DNA of 64,000 nt, taken from NCBI GenBank assembly GCA_004431415.1, contig QPMI01000622.1, positions 75,417 through 139,416 of the forward strand, given 5' to 3'. The notes beneath the pieces are model-generated. The model made no database searches. It was not told the DNA's origin and worked only from the letters and a program-made list of their open reading frames with translations. The position numbers and the translations under genes are program-made. How positions within the stretch are numbered: the first letter of the stretch is position 1; each line of letters begins with the position of its first letter. The DNA is from Cyanophora paradoxa CCMP329. Lineage: Eukaryota > Plantae > Glaucophyta. Shown here piece by piece: positions 13,201 through 24,607 of this stretch.

Positions 13201-15582
13201 GGGACCGGATCTGGCGGGAGATCGTGGCGGCCGCCATCGTCTACAACGCCTGCATCGGCCTCATCAAGCTCCACCGCTGGGTGCGTGCCGGACCCTGCCC
13301 GCTCAGGCGCGTTGCTGACGCCCCGGCGCGCGCGCTTCGCCGCCCCTGGCCCCCAGATCGTCGACGACCTGAGCCAGAATGCAGCGCGCAACCTGCTGCA
13401 TCGTGCCTTCGCCAACGTGCACACCTACACCGGCGACCGCGCGGCCCCTCGGCGCGCTGCCTCGGAGGGGTTGTCCGAGGCGTGGGCGGGGCTGGCCGAG
13501 GAGGTGACGGAGGAGGGCCACTACGACCTCGTCATCGCGGGGCGGGGGGCGATGCTCGCCGAGCTGGGCCCCGAGGAGAGGCGCTGCTTCCACGGGGCGC
13601 TCATGCACACGCGGGAGGCGGCGGCGGACGACGCGCTGCAGGCGGCGAGGGAGCAGATCGCGCGGGGCAAGCCGCTCAAGAACCTCAAGTGCGGGGATGC
13701 CCACTCCCTCACCCCTGAAACCGATTCCCCCCTTAATGTTCTCGCGCGCAGGGATCGCAGCCTGCGGAGGCGGCAGTGCTCCGTCGTCGTCAAGTCGGGC
13801 GACTACAACAGGGGTCTCGGGGCCCACTGGGGCTTCCTCAAGATGCTCCCCACGCACGACGGGCCCCTGCCGTCCGCGATCGAGCACGACGCGCGGCTCG
13901 TCCTGAAGCCGAGCGGGAGCGTGTGGTGCGTGTCAACTTCCCACTCCTTCCCAAACCCCTCCTTTCGCTTCGCTCTCGTTGAGCGTGGGGAGCGTCGCAG
14001 GTTCTGCATCCCCGTCGAGATGGAGAAGGCGCGCGCGGCCCGCACGACGAGGGTCATGGCGCGGACCTTGCCGGCGGAGGGCGACTGCGAGGCGAAGACG
14101 ACGGTGGCCCGCACCGTGCCGGCGACCTCTCGCCGGCGGAGCCCCAGGGACCCGGCGGGCGACGGGGGCGACCGCGAGTCCGAGCTGGCCCGCGAGGCCT
14201 GGCTGGAGCTCCGCGGCAAGTCCCTCGTCGCCGTCGACCCGGGCTCCCGCAAGCACATCTCCTGCTTCTGCCCGGACGGGCGGGCCTTCGAGGTGCGGTG
14301 GTCTCGCCTTCTCCCCCTTTGTCGTCCATCCGACGACGCCCCTCCCCCGCGCAGTTCGGTGCTGGTCTGTCTCACGCACGGGAGCCCGCACTGAGGCGGG
14401 CGGCGGCGCTCATGGCCAAGTCGGAGCTGAAGCCGGGCCCCGCTGCGTGCGCCCCCCCTCCCTCCTTCCTCCCTCCCTCCCTCCGCGCTCCCTCCCTCCC
14501 TCAATCGGTTTGCCAGGGGCGGGTCGGCCCCGCTCAGCGCTCGCACGCGCCGCCGGCTGCGGAAGAAGGCGCTCCGGTTGATCGAGCACGAGCGCAACGT
14601 GGGGCTGGACGCCCTGCGCGTCATCGCGCGGTGCGCCCCCCTGAGTGCTGCAGCCTCTGCGTGGCCTCTGCGGTTGACACCCCCCTCAGGTTCCTCGTGG
14701 AGAACTTCGACTACATCATCATCCCGGAGTTCCGCACGAGCGAGATGGTGCGCTAGCGCGATCGGCGTCGGCCCTCCGTAGGCAATGGGCGGCAGGTCCG
14801 GCGCAAGGGGCGGATTCTCGGGGCCGCCGCTGCGCGCCAGCTGCTCTACTGCCGCCACTATGAGTGAGAGCGGCTGATTCTGGTTCTGGTTCGGGGGGGC
14901 TCACTGCTCGCCCGTCGCCCTCCACAGGTTCCGCTGCATCCTGCAGCAGGCCGCCCTGCACCGCCCGGAGTGCACGGTGCTCCTCGTCTCCGAGCACTAC
15001 ACCTCCAAGACCTGCGGGGCGTGCGGGTGTCTCCACACGGAGCTCGGCGCGGACGAGACGTTCCGCTGCCCGAGCTGCCCGGCGGAGATGGACCGGGACC
15101 TCCAGGCCGCCAGGTGAGTGAATTGACTAGTCGTGGCAACCTCCGCTAGAATCGTAATCGCAACCTCCGCTATAGCTGAACCAGTAGAATCGTAATCGCA
15201 ACCTCCGCTCCTTAAATCGTAATCGCAACCTCCTTAAATCGCGATCGTAATCGCAACCTCCGCTAGAATCGTAATCGCAACCTCTGCTAGAATCGCAATT
15301 GAATCGTAATCGCAACCTCCGCTATATCTGAACCAGTAGAATCGTAATCGCAACCTCCGCTCCTTAAATCGTAATCGCAACCTGACCGTCTGTAATCGCA
15401 GGAACATCCTCCTGAGGTTCCTCTCGGGCGTGGACGCGGGGCTCCGCCTCAAGCCCCTTCTGCTGGCCGGCTCCGGCCCGCTGCGGGCCGCCCCTGCGGC
15501 CGCCCCCGCCCCCCAAGCTGCGGCGCAGTCCGCGTCGATCGCTGCTCGTAGGCAGCTCGCTACGCCGGCCTCGTCGTCGTAG
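10259..15582 (+). CDS. Intron-rich Fanzor2 (TnpB/IS607-type RNA-guided endonuclease) fused to an N-terminal PHD finger, two AP2 domains and a Zn-finger-like segment
   Basis: Hand splicing gives PHD CGVCG..WIQCEGACKGWFHCRCV..WVCPKC (~10393-10660); AP2 FKGV..GRWRAQL..AAAKAYDRMVIAL..TNFP (11225-11415); AP2 KYRGVR..SWRAE..LHLGTF..AARAVDRAVIVLRG..TNFP (11731-12005); IVYNACI; RuvC-I VAVDPG (D at 14236); bridge helix RRRLRKKALRL..; FLVENFDYIIIPEFRTSEMVRRKGR; HYEFR; VSEHYTSKTCGACG (E at 14992); FRCPSC; MDRDLQAAR|NILLRFL (D at 15097). Intron phases are consistent from the first AP2 to the stop at 15580-15582. Confidence 0.88.
15130..15401 (+). repeat. Intronic array of eight ATCGTAATCGCAACCT(CCGCT) units inside the last Fanzor intron (15114-15401)
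   Basis: Directly visible; the core is the reverse complement of the GTTGCGATTACGA motif of the 4244-5137 array. Confidence 0.9.
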
Positions 15583-15700
15583 TTTGGGCAGGATAGGGGG
15601 ACCGCGTACCCCCCTACAGCGGGCCCTGCCTGCGTTGCTCGCAGGCTTGTCGCCCCCGTAGGTAGCACAGACCCAGCTCAAGCTCCTGCGATGTCCGCAG
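15583..15700 (+). ncRNA. Candidate Fanzor omegaRNA scaffold
   Basis: Lies immediately 3' of the Fanzor stop. Hairpins TAGGGGG/CCCCCTA (15594-15616) and GCCTGCG/CGCAGGC (15628-15646), with alternative pairing GGCAGG/CCTGCC. Position is as expected for TnpB/Fanzor omegaRNAs; boundaries unknown. Confidence 0.4.
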
Positions 15701-16341
15701 CTAGCATGCCTGTGTTATCAATGCGCTGCTCGAGAGATGCATACCCCCTTCGAAACACTTCTGCGTCCGTGTACCCCCAATGGTGACGGTGACGCAGCGA
15801 ACCAATTGGACCAAATTTTCACCGAACAGACTGTGGTAAACCTGAACAGATCATGATCGGTTGGGGTTGGGTCAAGTAAAGCCGTTTGAACTTACGGAGC
15901 TCGCAGCTTTATCCTCCACGCGTCTCAGCCGCGTCTGCAAGCAGGTCGATCCAGCAAAAACTGCAAGTCTGCAAAGCGTTGCTCCCTGCGGCGAGGCGTC
16001 CTCTCTTCGAAGGCTTGCCCAGCACCCCCCACGCGTACGGTGCGCCGAACTGGCTACGTCCAGACCCGATATCCGACAGGCCGACGCCCGATGCGCTGTG
16101 ACGCGGGCCCTCTTTGGTCGCGCCGTCGAGCGAAGAGCACGTCCGGCACACGAGCACTCCTTCCCTGACACGTCTCCTTCGTCGCAGATCCGTCAGCGCC
16201 CGCTCCTCGCCCCGGACCACCAGGTCAGTTGCAGCCGCCCATTTGGGCGCGTCCGCGCGCCTCTCCGGTCTTTCCGCCGACGACCGGCGCAGACCTCAAG
16301 GCACCCGTATATTTGAAGTGCAGCAGAAACAGCGCGGCGAG

Positions 16342-17798
16342 ATGGCCACCGCAGTGCCGCCCGTTACTGTGAACAACGAGCCGGTCAAGGCTCCCGCGTC
16401 CGGCGAGTCCCTCACGGCGACTGGCAGCAGCCCGCCGCCCCAGAAGCTCGTGCGTCGCTGCGCTGTCGACGTCGACGCCCGCCGCGTCGACGGGCCCGCG
16501 CCTGCGGGGTTCGCTGACAGGAGCCGGGGCCCGGCCTTGGCGCGTGCGCAGGTCACGAGCGTGCCGACGGTGCAGGCGCTCAAGGACGTCTTCCGCTCCG
16601 TCCCGCTCCCCGTGACCGTCGTCGCCGTCGCCGCCACGCCCGAGTCCCACAACATGCCCTTCGGGTGCGCTCCGGGCGCGCCCTCGCCTCGCGATCGCCT
16701 CCCGGCGGGCGGGGCCAACGGGCGGGGCAGGATGACGGCGAACTCGGTGGCTGCCTGCTCGATGGAGCCGCCCCGCATCTCCCTCAACATCATGAAGGCC
16801 CGCCCCGCGCCCGCGCCCCGCCCCCCCGCGCCACGACTCGAGGCGGCACGCGCAGGGCTCGATGATGCACAAGCTCATGTGCGAGGTCCCCGAGGAGCGC
16901 CGCCTCCCCTTCGTCGTCCACGTCCTCGCCCCCGAGCAGGAGGCCCTCGCCGGCAAATTCGCCTGTCCGCCCCCGCCCGCCCGCCCCGCTCCGACCCGCC
17001 CGCCGCTCACGCGCGTCCTGCGCCGGCGCAGTCCACAAGCCGGGGGAGCCTTCGCAGTTCGACGCGGTGCCGCACGAGCTGGACCCCGAGACGGGGGTGC
17101 CGATGCTCTCGGAGGCGTGGTCCCTCTTCAAGTGCACCCTCCTCCGCGTCATCGACGCCGGCGACCACTCCCTCGTCGTCGCCGACGTCACCAAAACCAT
17201 CCGCGCCCAGTCCCGCTCCCCCGTGCCCCACGCCTTCCCCGCCATCTGGCACGCCGGCCACACCCAGGAGCCCACGGCCGTGTGCGGGGCGGCCCCCAAG
17301 CCGCTGCCGCAGGTGGAGTGCGGGTTCGCGACGGTGGCGCACCGGCTGCCGCGGCCGGCGGTGGCGATCACGACGCAGGAGGCGTGCGCGATGTCGGACG
17401 CCTTCCGCCTCCTCTCCCTCACCCCGCCCCTCTTCTCCTTCACCATCAAGAAGAGCAACGCCACGCACGAGTCCCTCGCCCAGGCCGGCGCCCCCTTCCT
17501 CCTCCGCATGCTCGGCGGCGCCAAGGGCATGGGCGGCTCCCTCGCGGACGCCTCGTGCCGCGTGCTCGAGGCGCACGACGTCGGCGACGCCTCGCTCATC
17601 GTCTCCGAGCCGATGCTCCTCTCCACCATGGCCCCCACCCCCGCCGACCGGGCCGCCGGGGCCATGATGGCCTACGGCCACCGCGACACGCCCAACTTCT
17701 GCTCCGCGAGCCCCACGCCCCCGGCCCCCGCCGCCCCCGCCCCCGCCCCCGCTCCGCCCGCCACCCAGCAGCCGGCCGCCCCCACCGCCTCCGCCTGA
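16342..17798 (+). CDS. Flavin reductase-like (FMN-binding split-barrel) protein, apparently two tandem domains, multi-exon
   Basis: FRSVPLPVTVVA..GMTANSVAACSMEPPRISLNI..FVVHVLAPEQEALAGKFA..GVPMLSEAWSLFKC..DAGDHSLVVADV, then a second degenerate repeat (LPRPAVAITT..LSLTPPLFSFTI..HDVGDASLIV). Confidence 0.85.
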
Positions 17799-18540
17799 GC
17801 TCCTCGCCAATCTCTCGCCGGCGGCCGGCGCCCGACCCTCCGCTGTATGTATGTATTTCCGCAGTTTTTCCGCCCTAGCCTTCGAAGCCATCACGCAGTA
17901 TCATATGCTTTTATGAAAAGTACCCAGCCTGGCAGCGCCAGCGCAGGCGGATGTAGAGGCGTCCTTTCTTTTCGAAGAGCGCTGCAGTTGTTCAACATTG
18001 AACATTCGTATTCATTATTAGCACCCCGGCCCGCAGAATATTAATACCGAATTTGGAAAGCACGCTAATATTGACCGTTATGTAGTTTATAACCCCTAGG
18101 CTTGTGAAAGCTCTCTATAGCTAGTTCTTTTTCGCAGCAGTAGCAACTGTAAGACGCAGTGCACCAACTGCGCTTGTCATTCATAGTTGCCAGTGAATGT
18201 GAGATGTCAATAGTGTCATTCCAATGGATTCGAATTCGCGACCCGCGCAAGCGCTGTCAGGCTTGACTCAGTGAGGCCGGCGGCCTGCAGCTGGCCAGTC
18301 ACTGAGTGGGTGGCAGGAGGCGCCGCCGCCGCCTCCGCGCCAGTGTCCATTACAATCGGGATGGCAGTCTAGATCTGCCGGCATGTTCACGCCGGGTGCG
18401 CCGGCTGGAAGGGCCGCAGGGGCGACGAGCTCGAGGGGCAGGGCGGGGCGCGTGCCGGCCCCTGCGGAGCTGCCGCCGGGGCAGAGGCGAAGGGGAGGCG
18501 AGGCGGGGCGGTGGGGAGGGCGCGGCGCCGGGCCCGGGGA

Positions 18541-21278
18541 TCAGTCGTCGGAGTGCTGGCGGCAGCCGGCGCCGGTGAAGTGCGCCGCCGTCCGCTGCAC
18601 CCGCGCCCCGCACGTGTAGCAGTACCCTGCCCCCCACGCCCCTTAGCGCCCGGCCGGAAGGCGGGTGCGGAGCGGGGCGGGGGGGCGGGCCGTGGCGGCA
18701 GTAGAGGCAGCGGATGTGGTTGTTCTGGTCGACCTTCGGATTGAAGCGGTTGCAGACGGGGCAGACGCGGCCGCGCGGCAGCTGGTCGCCCCGCCGCGGC
18801 ACCCCCACGTTCATGATCGCCCGGTTCTGCGCTCACCCAGAGCGTCGGCGCCGGCAGCCGCGCCGCCGGCCAAGGGGCGCGCGGGGGGCGGCGCGCGGGG
18901 CGGGGCACCATGGCGTTCATCTGGGCGTTCCAGCCTGCGCGGAGGGCGGCCGGTCGGGGGCCGCTGGGGCGAGAGCAGCGCGGGGCGGGGCGGGGCGGAG
19001 CGGGCGCACGGTTGATCTCCTCCTGGTCGAACATAACGCACGAGCCTGGGGAAGGGAGAATCGCGTCCGGGAGCGGGGCGGGAAGGGAGAGTCGCGGTCG
19101 CCGGCCCCCGCACCGTCCCCGAAGTGATCGTAGCCGTCGATGATCTGGTTGCACTTCCTGCGCCCGAGCCGCTCGGCCGGCGGGATGGGGCGGGGCGGGC
19201 GGGGCAATGCGGGCGGGGCGCGCCAGCAGAAGAACTTGTTGCAGTTGAAGCAGGTCATCTTGTTACAGCCCTCGGTCTTCTCGATCGGCTGCGGGGGCCT
19301 CGGCGGGGGCGGCGGGGCGGGGCGGGGCGGGCGGGCGCGGGGCGCGGGGCGCACGAACTGGCAGTTGGGGCACTGGCGGACGCCGATCTGGGCCATGTAC
19401 TTGCGCGTGCTGGGCGGCGCGTGAGGCGGGGCGGCTCGGGCGGGGCCGGGGCGGGCGGGCGGGGCGGACAGGAGCTCTTGGTAGAGTGCGAGCTCGCGCC
19501 GCCGCTGCTCCGCCGCGTCCTTCCCCACCGCCGACGCCCTGCGCGCCCCCGCTCACGCCTGCGCGGCGGCCAAGGCGGGGCGGGGCGCGGCGCACCCTCC
19601 TTGCGGCGGCGCTCGACGGCGGCGAGGCGCTGCTCCGTGCTCATGCACGCCCCCGCGTGCCACGCTGCCCGCCACCTCAGAGGGGCCCCAGCGGCCCCGC
19701 GGGGCGGGGCGGGGCGCGCCGTCGTGGCAGAGGGTGCAGAAGGCGAAGAAGCAGCGCGTGCAGCGGCCGCTGTTCCCCGTCTCCTCGATCACGGGCGTCC
19801 GCGTGCCCTGCTCCTCGCAGCGGGGGCAGTAGACCTGTGTGGGCCCCGTCGCGCCGGCGAGCGGGGATCGCGGCGGCGAGCAGGGGCGGGCGGCGGGGGC
19901 GCGCCATGTCGCCGAGGGCGTCGATGGTCTTCTCCAGCATCACCTGCCGCCCCGCCCCCCGCCCCCTCAGCCCGAGCCCCAGCGGTTCGGGCGGGGCCGG
20001 CGGGGCCGGCGGGGCGCGCCTCCTCGTACTTGGCGAAGGTGGCGCCGTCCACGAGCGCCTTCACCATCCACGGCGGCAGCGGCTCCCGGCACTGCACCCC
20101 CGCCCAGCCCCGCCCGCTCGCCCGCTGGGGACGGAGAGGGGCGGGGGAGGGTCCACCTTGCCCTCCGGGTCGGGGCAGCGGAGCTTGAACACGGCGCTCT
20201 CCTGCGCGCCGCGCGGTGGGCGAGCGGGCGAGCCGGCGAGCGGCCGGGGCGCGCACGCCGATGAAGAGGTTGCAGAGGTGGGCGAGGCAGTCGTTGCAGG
20301 CGACGTGCCGGCACGGCAGCCGCTTGCACACCCGCCCGGGCTTCTCCTCCATGCACACTGCCGGCACCGGCGAGTCAGGGGCGGGGCGGGGCTCGGGGGG
20401 TGGCGGGGGCCGGGGACCGGGGCAGCGCTGCTCGACGCGCTCGAAGAGGGCGTTCTCGCGCTCGACGCTGTGGCGCAGCAGCTGCAGCATCGCCGCCTGC
20501 ACGCTGCCCCCGCACTCGCTGTCCACCCGCTCGTCGTCCTCCTCCCCGTCCCCCTCCGGCGCTGCCGCGATGCGGAGCAGGATCTCCGCGGGGCGCGCGT
20601 CGAGGAAGGCGAGGGACTCGGACTTGAGCCACTCCGCCCACTCGAAGACGACGGGCGCGCCGGGCACGAAGAGCGCGTCCAGCCGCGCCGCGAGCCGCCG
20701 CAGGTCGCCCCGCGTCAGCCAGCTTGCGCTCAGCTCCAGCGACGGCGCTGCACCGGCCCCCTCGGCGCACGGCGGCGCGGCGGCGCGCGGAACGCACGGG
20801 CGGTCGCCGGGTACTCGGGGCCGAACTCGACCGTGAGGCGGATCTGCGGCGCGGCCGGGGGCCGGTCGGAGGGCGCCGCCGGCTCGCGCGAGGCGCCGGG
20901 CGCACGGGGGCGAGGTGCTGCACTGTCAGGATCGCCCCGCTGCTCGCCGTCCTCTCGATGCCCGGCCCGGGCCTCAAGTCGCCCGAAGCGGTCGAGGGAC
21001 CGGCCCCGGTCGAGGGGCCCGCTTGCGAGGGCCCCGCGCGAGAGGCGAGCGCGTCGCCGGGCACTCGGAGCGTCAGCGGCTTGGATGGATCGCCTCGGTC
21101 CACGCTGCAGAGGATCTGCGATCCAGCGTGAGCGCACTCGTGGGGGTGTAGCGCTCCGGCGTGCCTGGAAGCGGAAGGGATCGCCCTCCGACAGCGGGAC
21201 ATAGTCGTCGCCATAGATGCTCTCGAGGACCTGCACTTCGTCGCGCTGCGCCTCTAACGTCTCGGCGGACGCGGGCAT
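18541..21278 (-). CDS. RNF14: RWD-domain RBR E3 ubiquitin ligase (RNF14/ARA54-like), multi-exon
   Basis: [17 protein letters not shown] (RWD), [18 protein letters not shown]1 [42 protein letters not shown]2 [27 protein letters not shown]-terminal [13 protein letters not shown]. Confidence 0.88.
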
Positions 21279-21746
21279 CGGTGCGGAGTGCAGTCCGAGT
21301 GCAATTGAACAAAACTCGGCCTGTGACACGCGTCTACGGGTACAGCACACACTACGTGTATATGGTACGACTTCGACGCTGTGAACAAAGGGAGTGTCCT
21401 GGGGAACGGAGCCCCTCTATCCGGTCTACGCGCTAACCGGCGCCGCACAAGACTGTGGGCGGAAGAGGTTGGTGGTCAACCAACCGGGGGGAGAACTAGC
21501 TAGCGCAGCTAATTCATCCTGCGATCGTAATCGTAATCTGCGCGCGAGAGCCACGCGCGCGTACGGAGCGTTAGCGATCCTGGGAGAGCCACGGCCACGG
21601 CCGTCGCACCTCGCGAGCTCGATCGAGGATGACAGCGCCCGAGGACGCAGCGCCGGCGCCACGCACCGGCGCCGCCGAGCTGCATGCGCAGCTGCCTTCG
21701 CCCAACGCAGAATGCCGAGCTCGCACTCCTTGCGCACGCTTTTAAA

Positions 21747-21862
21747 CGCGCTGAAACGCAACCGCCGCGCGCTGAAACGCAACCGCCGCGCGCTGAAACG
21801 CAACCGCCGCGCGCTGATCATGAAACGCAACCGCCGCGCGCTGATCATGAAACGCAACCGCC
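21747..21862. repeat. Short tandem repeat of GCGCTGAAACGCAACCGCCGC (21-bp units, two extended by 6 bp)
   Basis: Five visible units in the intergenic region between divergent genes. Confidence 0.85.
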
Positions 21863-22084
21863 ACCCTGTAGCTTTTATTGTTTGATTGTCCTGTACCCTG
21901 TGTGCATGCCGACCGCGGCCGGATCATCCGAGTGCAGCGGAGGTAGCGGTGCGGAGTGCAGTCCGAGTGCAGCGGAGTGCTCGCCGGGGGGATACACCGA
22001 TTCGGAGCTCATCACAGATCGGCTCGCCTCGGACAAAACGACACTACGCGGCAGCGGAATCAGCGTGCGGCACTGCAACTCAGC

Positions 22085-23787
22085 ATGAGCATCGTCGAGC
22101 GGCGCGGCCGCGCCCCGGCCTTCGCTGCGTGCCCCGTTCCGGCGCCGGCCGCGCTTCGGGCGCCGGCCGCCGTGAGCCATGCTTCCAGCTCGACAGTCCA
22201 CAGGCCTCTCGCGCTCGCTGCCTCTCGGGCGGCGCCGCGGCGGACGTTCATGTGCACGCCGCCGTCGGCCGTCCGCGTGAGCGGGCTCCGGGCGGCCTGG
22301 CTGGGCTCCGCGGACGCCGGACAGTTGCTGCGGAAGCTTCAGCGGCTGCAGGGACGCACGTCGTCGCTCTCGGAGGCCCTGCGCGTCGTCGCGGAGCAGG
22401 AGACGACGGAGGCGAAGCCGGCGGCTGCGGCGGACGAGGCGGGCCCGAGCAAGGCCGCCGCGGGGGACGAGGAAGCGCCGAAGGTTCGAACCGGGGCGCC
22501 GCGCGCTCCGGCGAGGGGCGAGCGAGCGGGGCGGGCAGGGGCTGCTGGGCGGGCTGGTGCCGGCGCAGGGCTGGGACGTCCCCTGGGAGTTCAACATCAT
22601 CTTCGCCGTGCGCTCGCCGCCCCGCCCCGCCCCACCCGCCGCCGTGTGGAGAGCGAGCGGGCCGGGGGGCGGGGGGCACAGGTGCTGGCGCAGTGGTTCA
22701 TCTCGTACCTCGCGTGCGGGGCGCTCGTGCTGCCGCTGGCCGTCAAGCAGCTCGGGCTCGACGTCAGCGACCCCCGCGGCCAGTCCCTCTTCCTCCTCGC
22801 CAACTACATGACCGAGATGGGGTCCGCCGCCCCCGCCCCTCCGCCCGCCCGCCCGCCCCCCCGCCCGCCGGCCGGCCCCCGGCCGAGGGCGGCTGCAGGC
22901 TGGGCTTCTACGTGCTGAACCGCTACCTCGAGCCCTTCTACCCCCTCGAGCAGCGCGACCTCTTCCGCTACACCCCCTCCCCCCAGGCGCCCCCCGCCCC
23001 GCCCCCCCCGCCCCCGCCCCCGCACCCGCACCCACTGATGGGGCGCGCGGCGCAGACGATCGGGGCGGGCGTGGTGGGCTTCCTGTGGGCGATCCCCGTC
23101 GTGATCCTCGCCTCCTTCGTCAACCAGCAGGTCCTCCACGGGGGCGAGGTGCCGGCCCCTCCCGCGCAGGGCGGGGGCCGCGGGGCCCGACTCGGGGCGG
23201 GGCGGGGCGGGGGCAGGTGGAGCTGCAGGCGATCACGGACGTGCTGCTGAAGGCGCAGGACGACCCGCTCTCCGTCGCCATCTTCCTCTTCACCGTCGCC
23301 TTCCTGGCGCCCGTCTGGGAGGAGACCATGTTCCGCGGCTTCCTCCTCACCAGGCACGCCCCGCCCGCCCGCCCCCGCCCCCGCCCCCGCCCCCGCTCCA
23401 GCTCGGGCCCGCGTGTGAGGCGGGGCGCACGCAGCCTGACGAAGTACATGCCGACCTGGGGCGCCATCGGCGTCTCCGGGTGCCCCCCGCCCCGCTCGTC
23501 CCGCCCCGCCGGCGCGCCTCTGAGGCGGGGCGGGGCGGGGGCGGGGGGGCAGGGTGGTGTTCGCGGGGGCGCACCTGAGCGCGCAGCACATGATCCCGCT
23601 GACGGCCCTCGGCTGGGTCCTCGGCCTCGTCTACACCAGGACCCGCAGGCCCGCCCGCCCCGCCCCCCGCCCTCGCGGGGTCTGAGGGTGCGGGGCGGGT
23701 CGCAGCCTGGCGACGTCGATCACGCTGCACGCGATGTGGAACTCGATCACCGTCGCCGCCCTCCTCGCCGGCCTCGGCGACCTCTAG
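22085..23787 (+). CDS. CPBP family (CAAX/Abi) intramembrane metalloprotease, probably organelle-targeted, multi-exon
   Basis: Transit-peptide-like N-terminus; VPWEF; APVWEETMFRGFLL (EExxxR), VFAGAHLS and SITLHAMWN motifs; stop TAG at 23785-23787. Confidence 0.88.
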
Positions 23788-24607
23788 GCCCCCGCCCCCG
23801 CCCCCGCCCCGCGCCGACCCTGCACCCCCCGGCCCCGCCCCGCCCCCGCCCCCGCCTGCGCCCTCGTCGCGCTGTACTACGGTATGTGTTTGCGGCCTCG
23901 GAGACCAAGCGTAGTACCCGAGCTTAGTACCCGAGCTCTTATTGTATGACCCGAGTCGGCGGCCCTTTTGTATGGCAGTAACCAGACCATTTGGCGAGCC
24001 TCGGAGACCATGCCATGATCATCGGATGCCCGTGAAGGATGATGCACATGTACTGCAGCCGGCCATGGCAGCCCGATCGCGACTCGCGATCGGCGAGCTG
24101 CAAGGCCGCCGGGCTCAGCGGCTTCGAAGTACCATACTATGATATGCATGTGCCCGACCGTCGGACCCAGCCTGGCATGCCTTGTGAAACACTGATCGAT
24201 ATCATGAGCACTGGTCGACGTCAGCCTCGTGATAAGGTTGGCAGCTGCAGACTCTGGACTCGAGCTCTGAGAATTAATATTCCTTGGCCTCATTCTCAAG
24301 TAGCCATGGCCCCTCGGGCTGCCGCGGAGGACCATTCAAGTGGTTCACGTAACCGTTGAACTGCAACCGTAACACCGCATACTGTTAACCACATGGCCCG
24401 GCCATGGGCTCCACGTGCATTTGCCAACTTGCATTTTCATCGCAGAACCGTGTGTGACACTGTGAAATTAAATGTACAGGGAAAGAAGCTTGAGATATGT
24501 ACATGTGATCATGAGTTGCGAGAAAGAAATGGTTCAATCGGAGGTCGAGCGCTCGTCGCAGGCCCGAGGGTCGAGCCCTCACGCGTGCGCGGGGGGCGGC
24601 AGGGCGG

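Noticed and set aside
15130-15401. CRISPR array next to a Cas12-like nuclease
   Set aside because: Linkers are only ~2-16 nt and themselves repeat; there are no unique spacers of uniform length, and the context is a eukaryotic intron.
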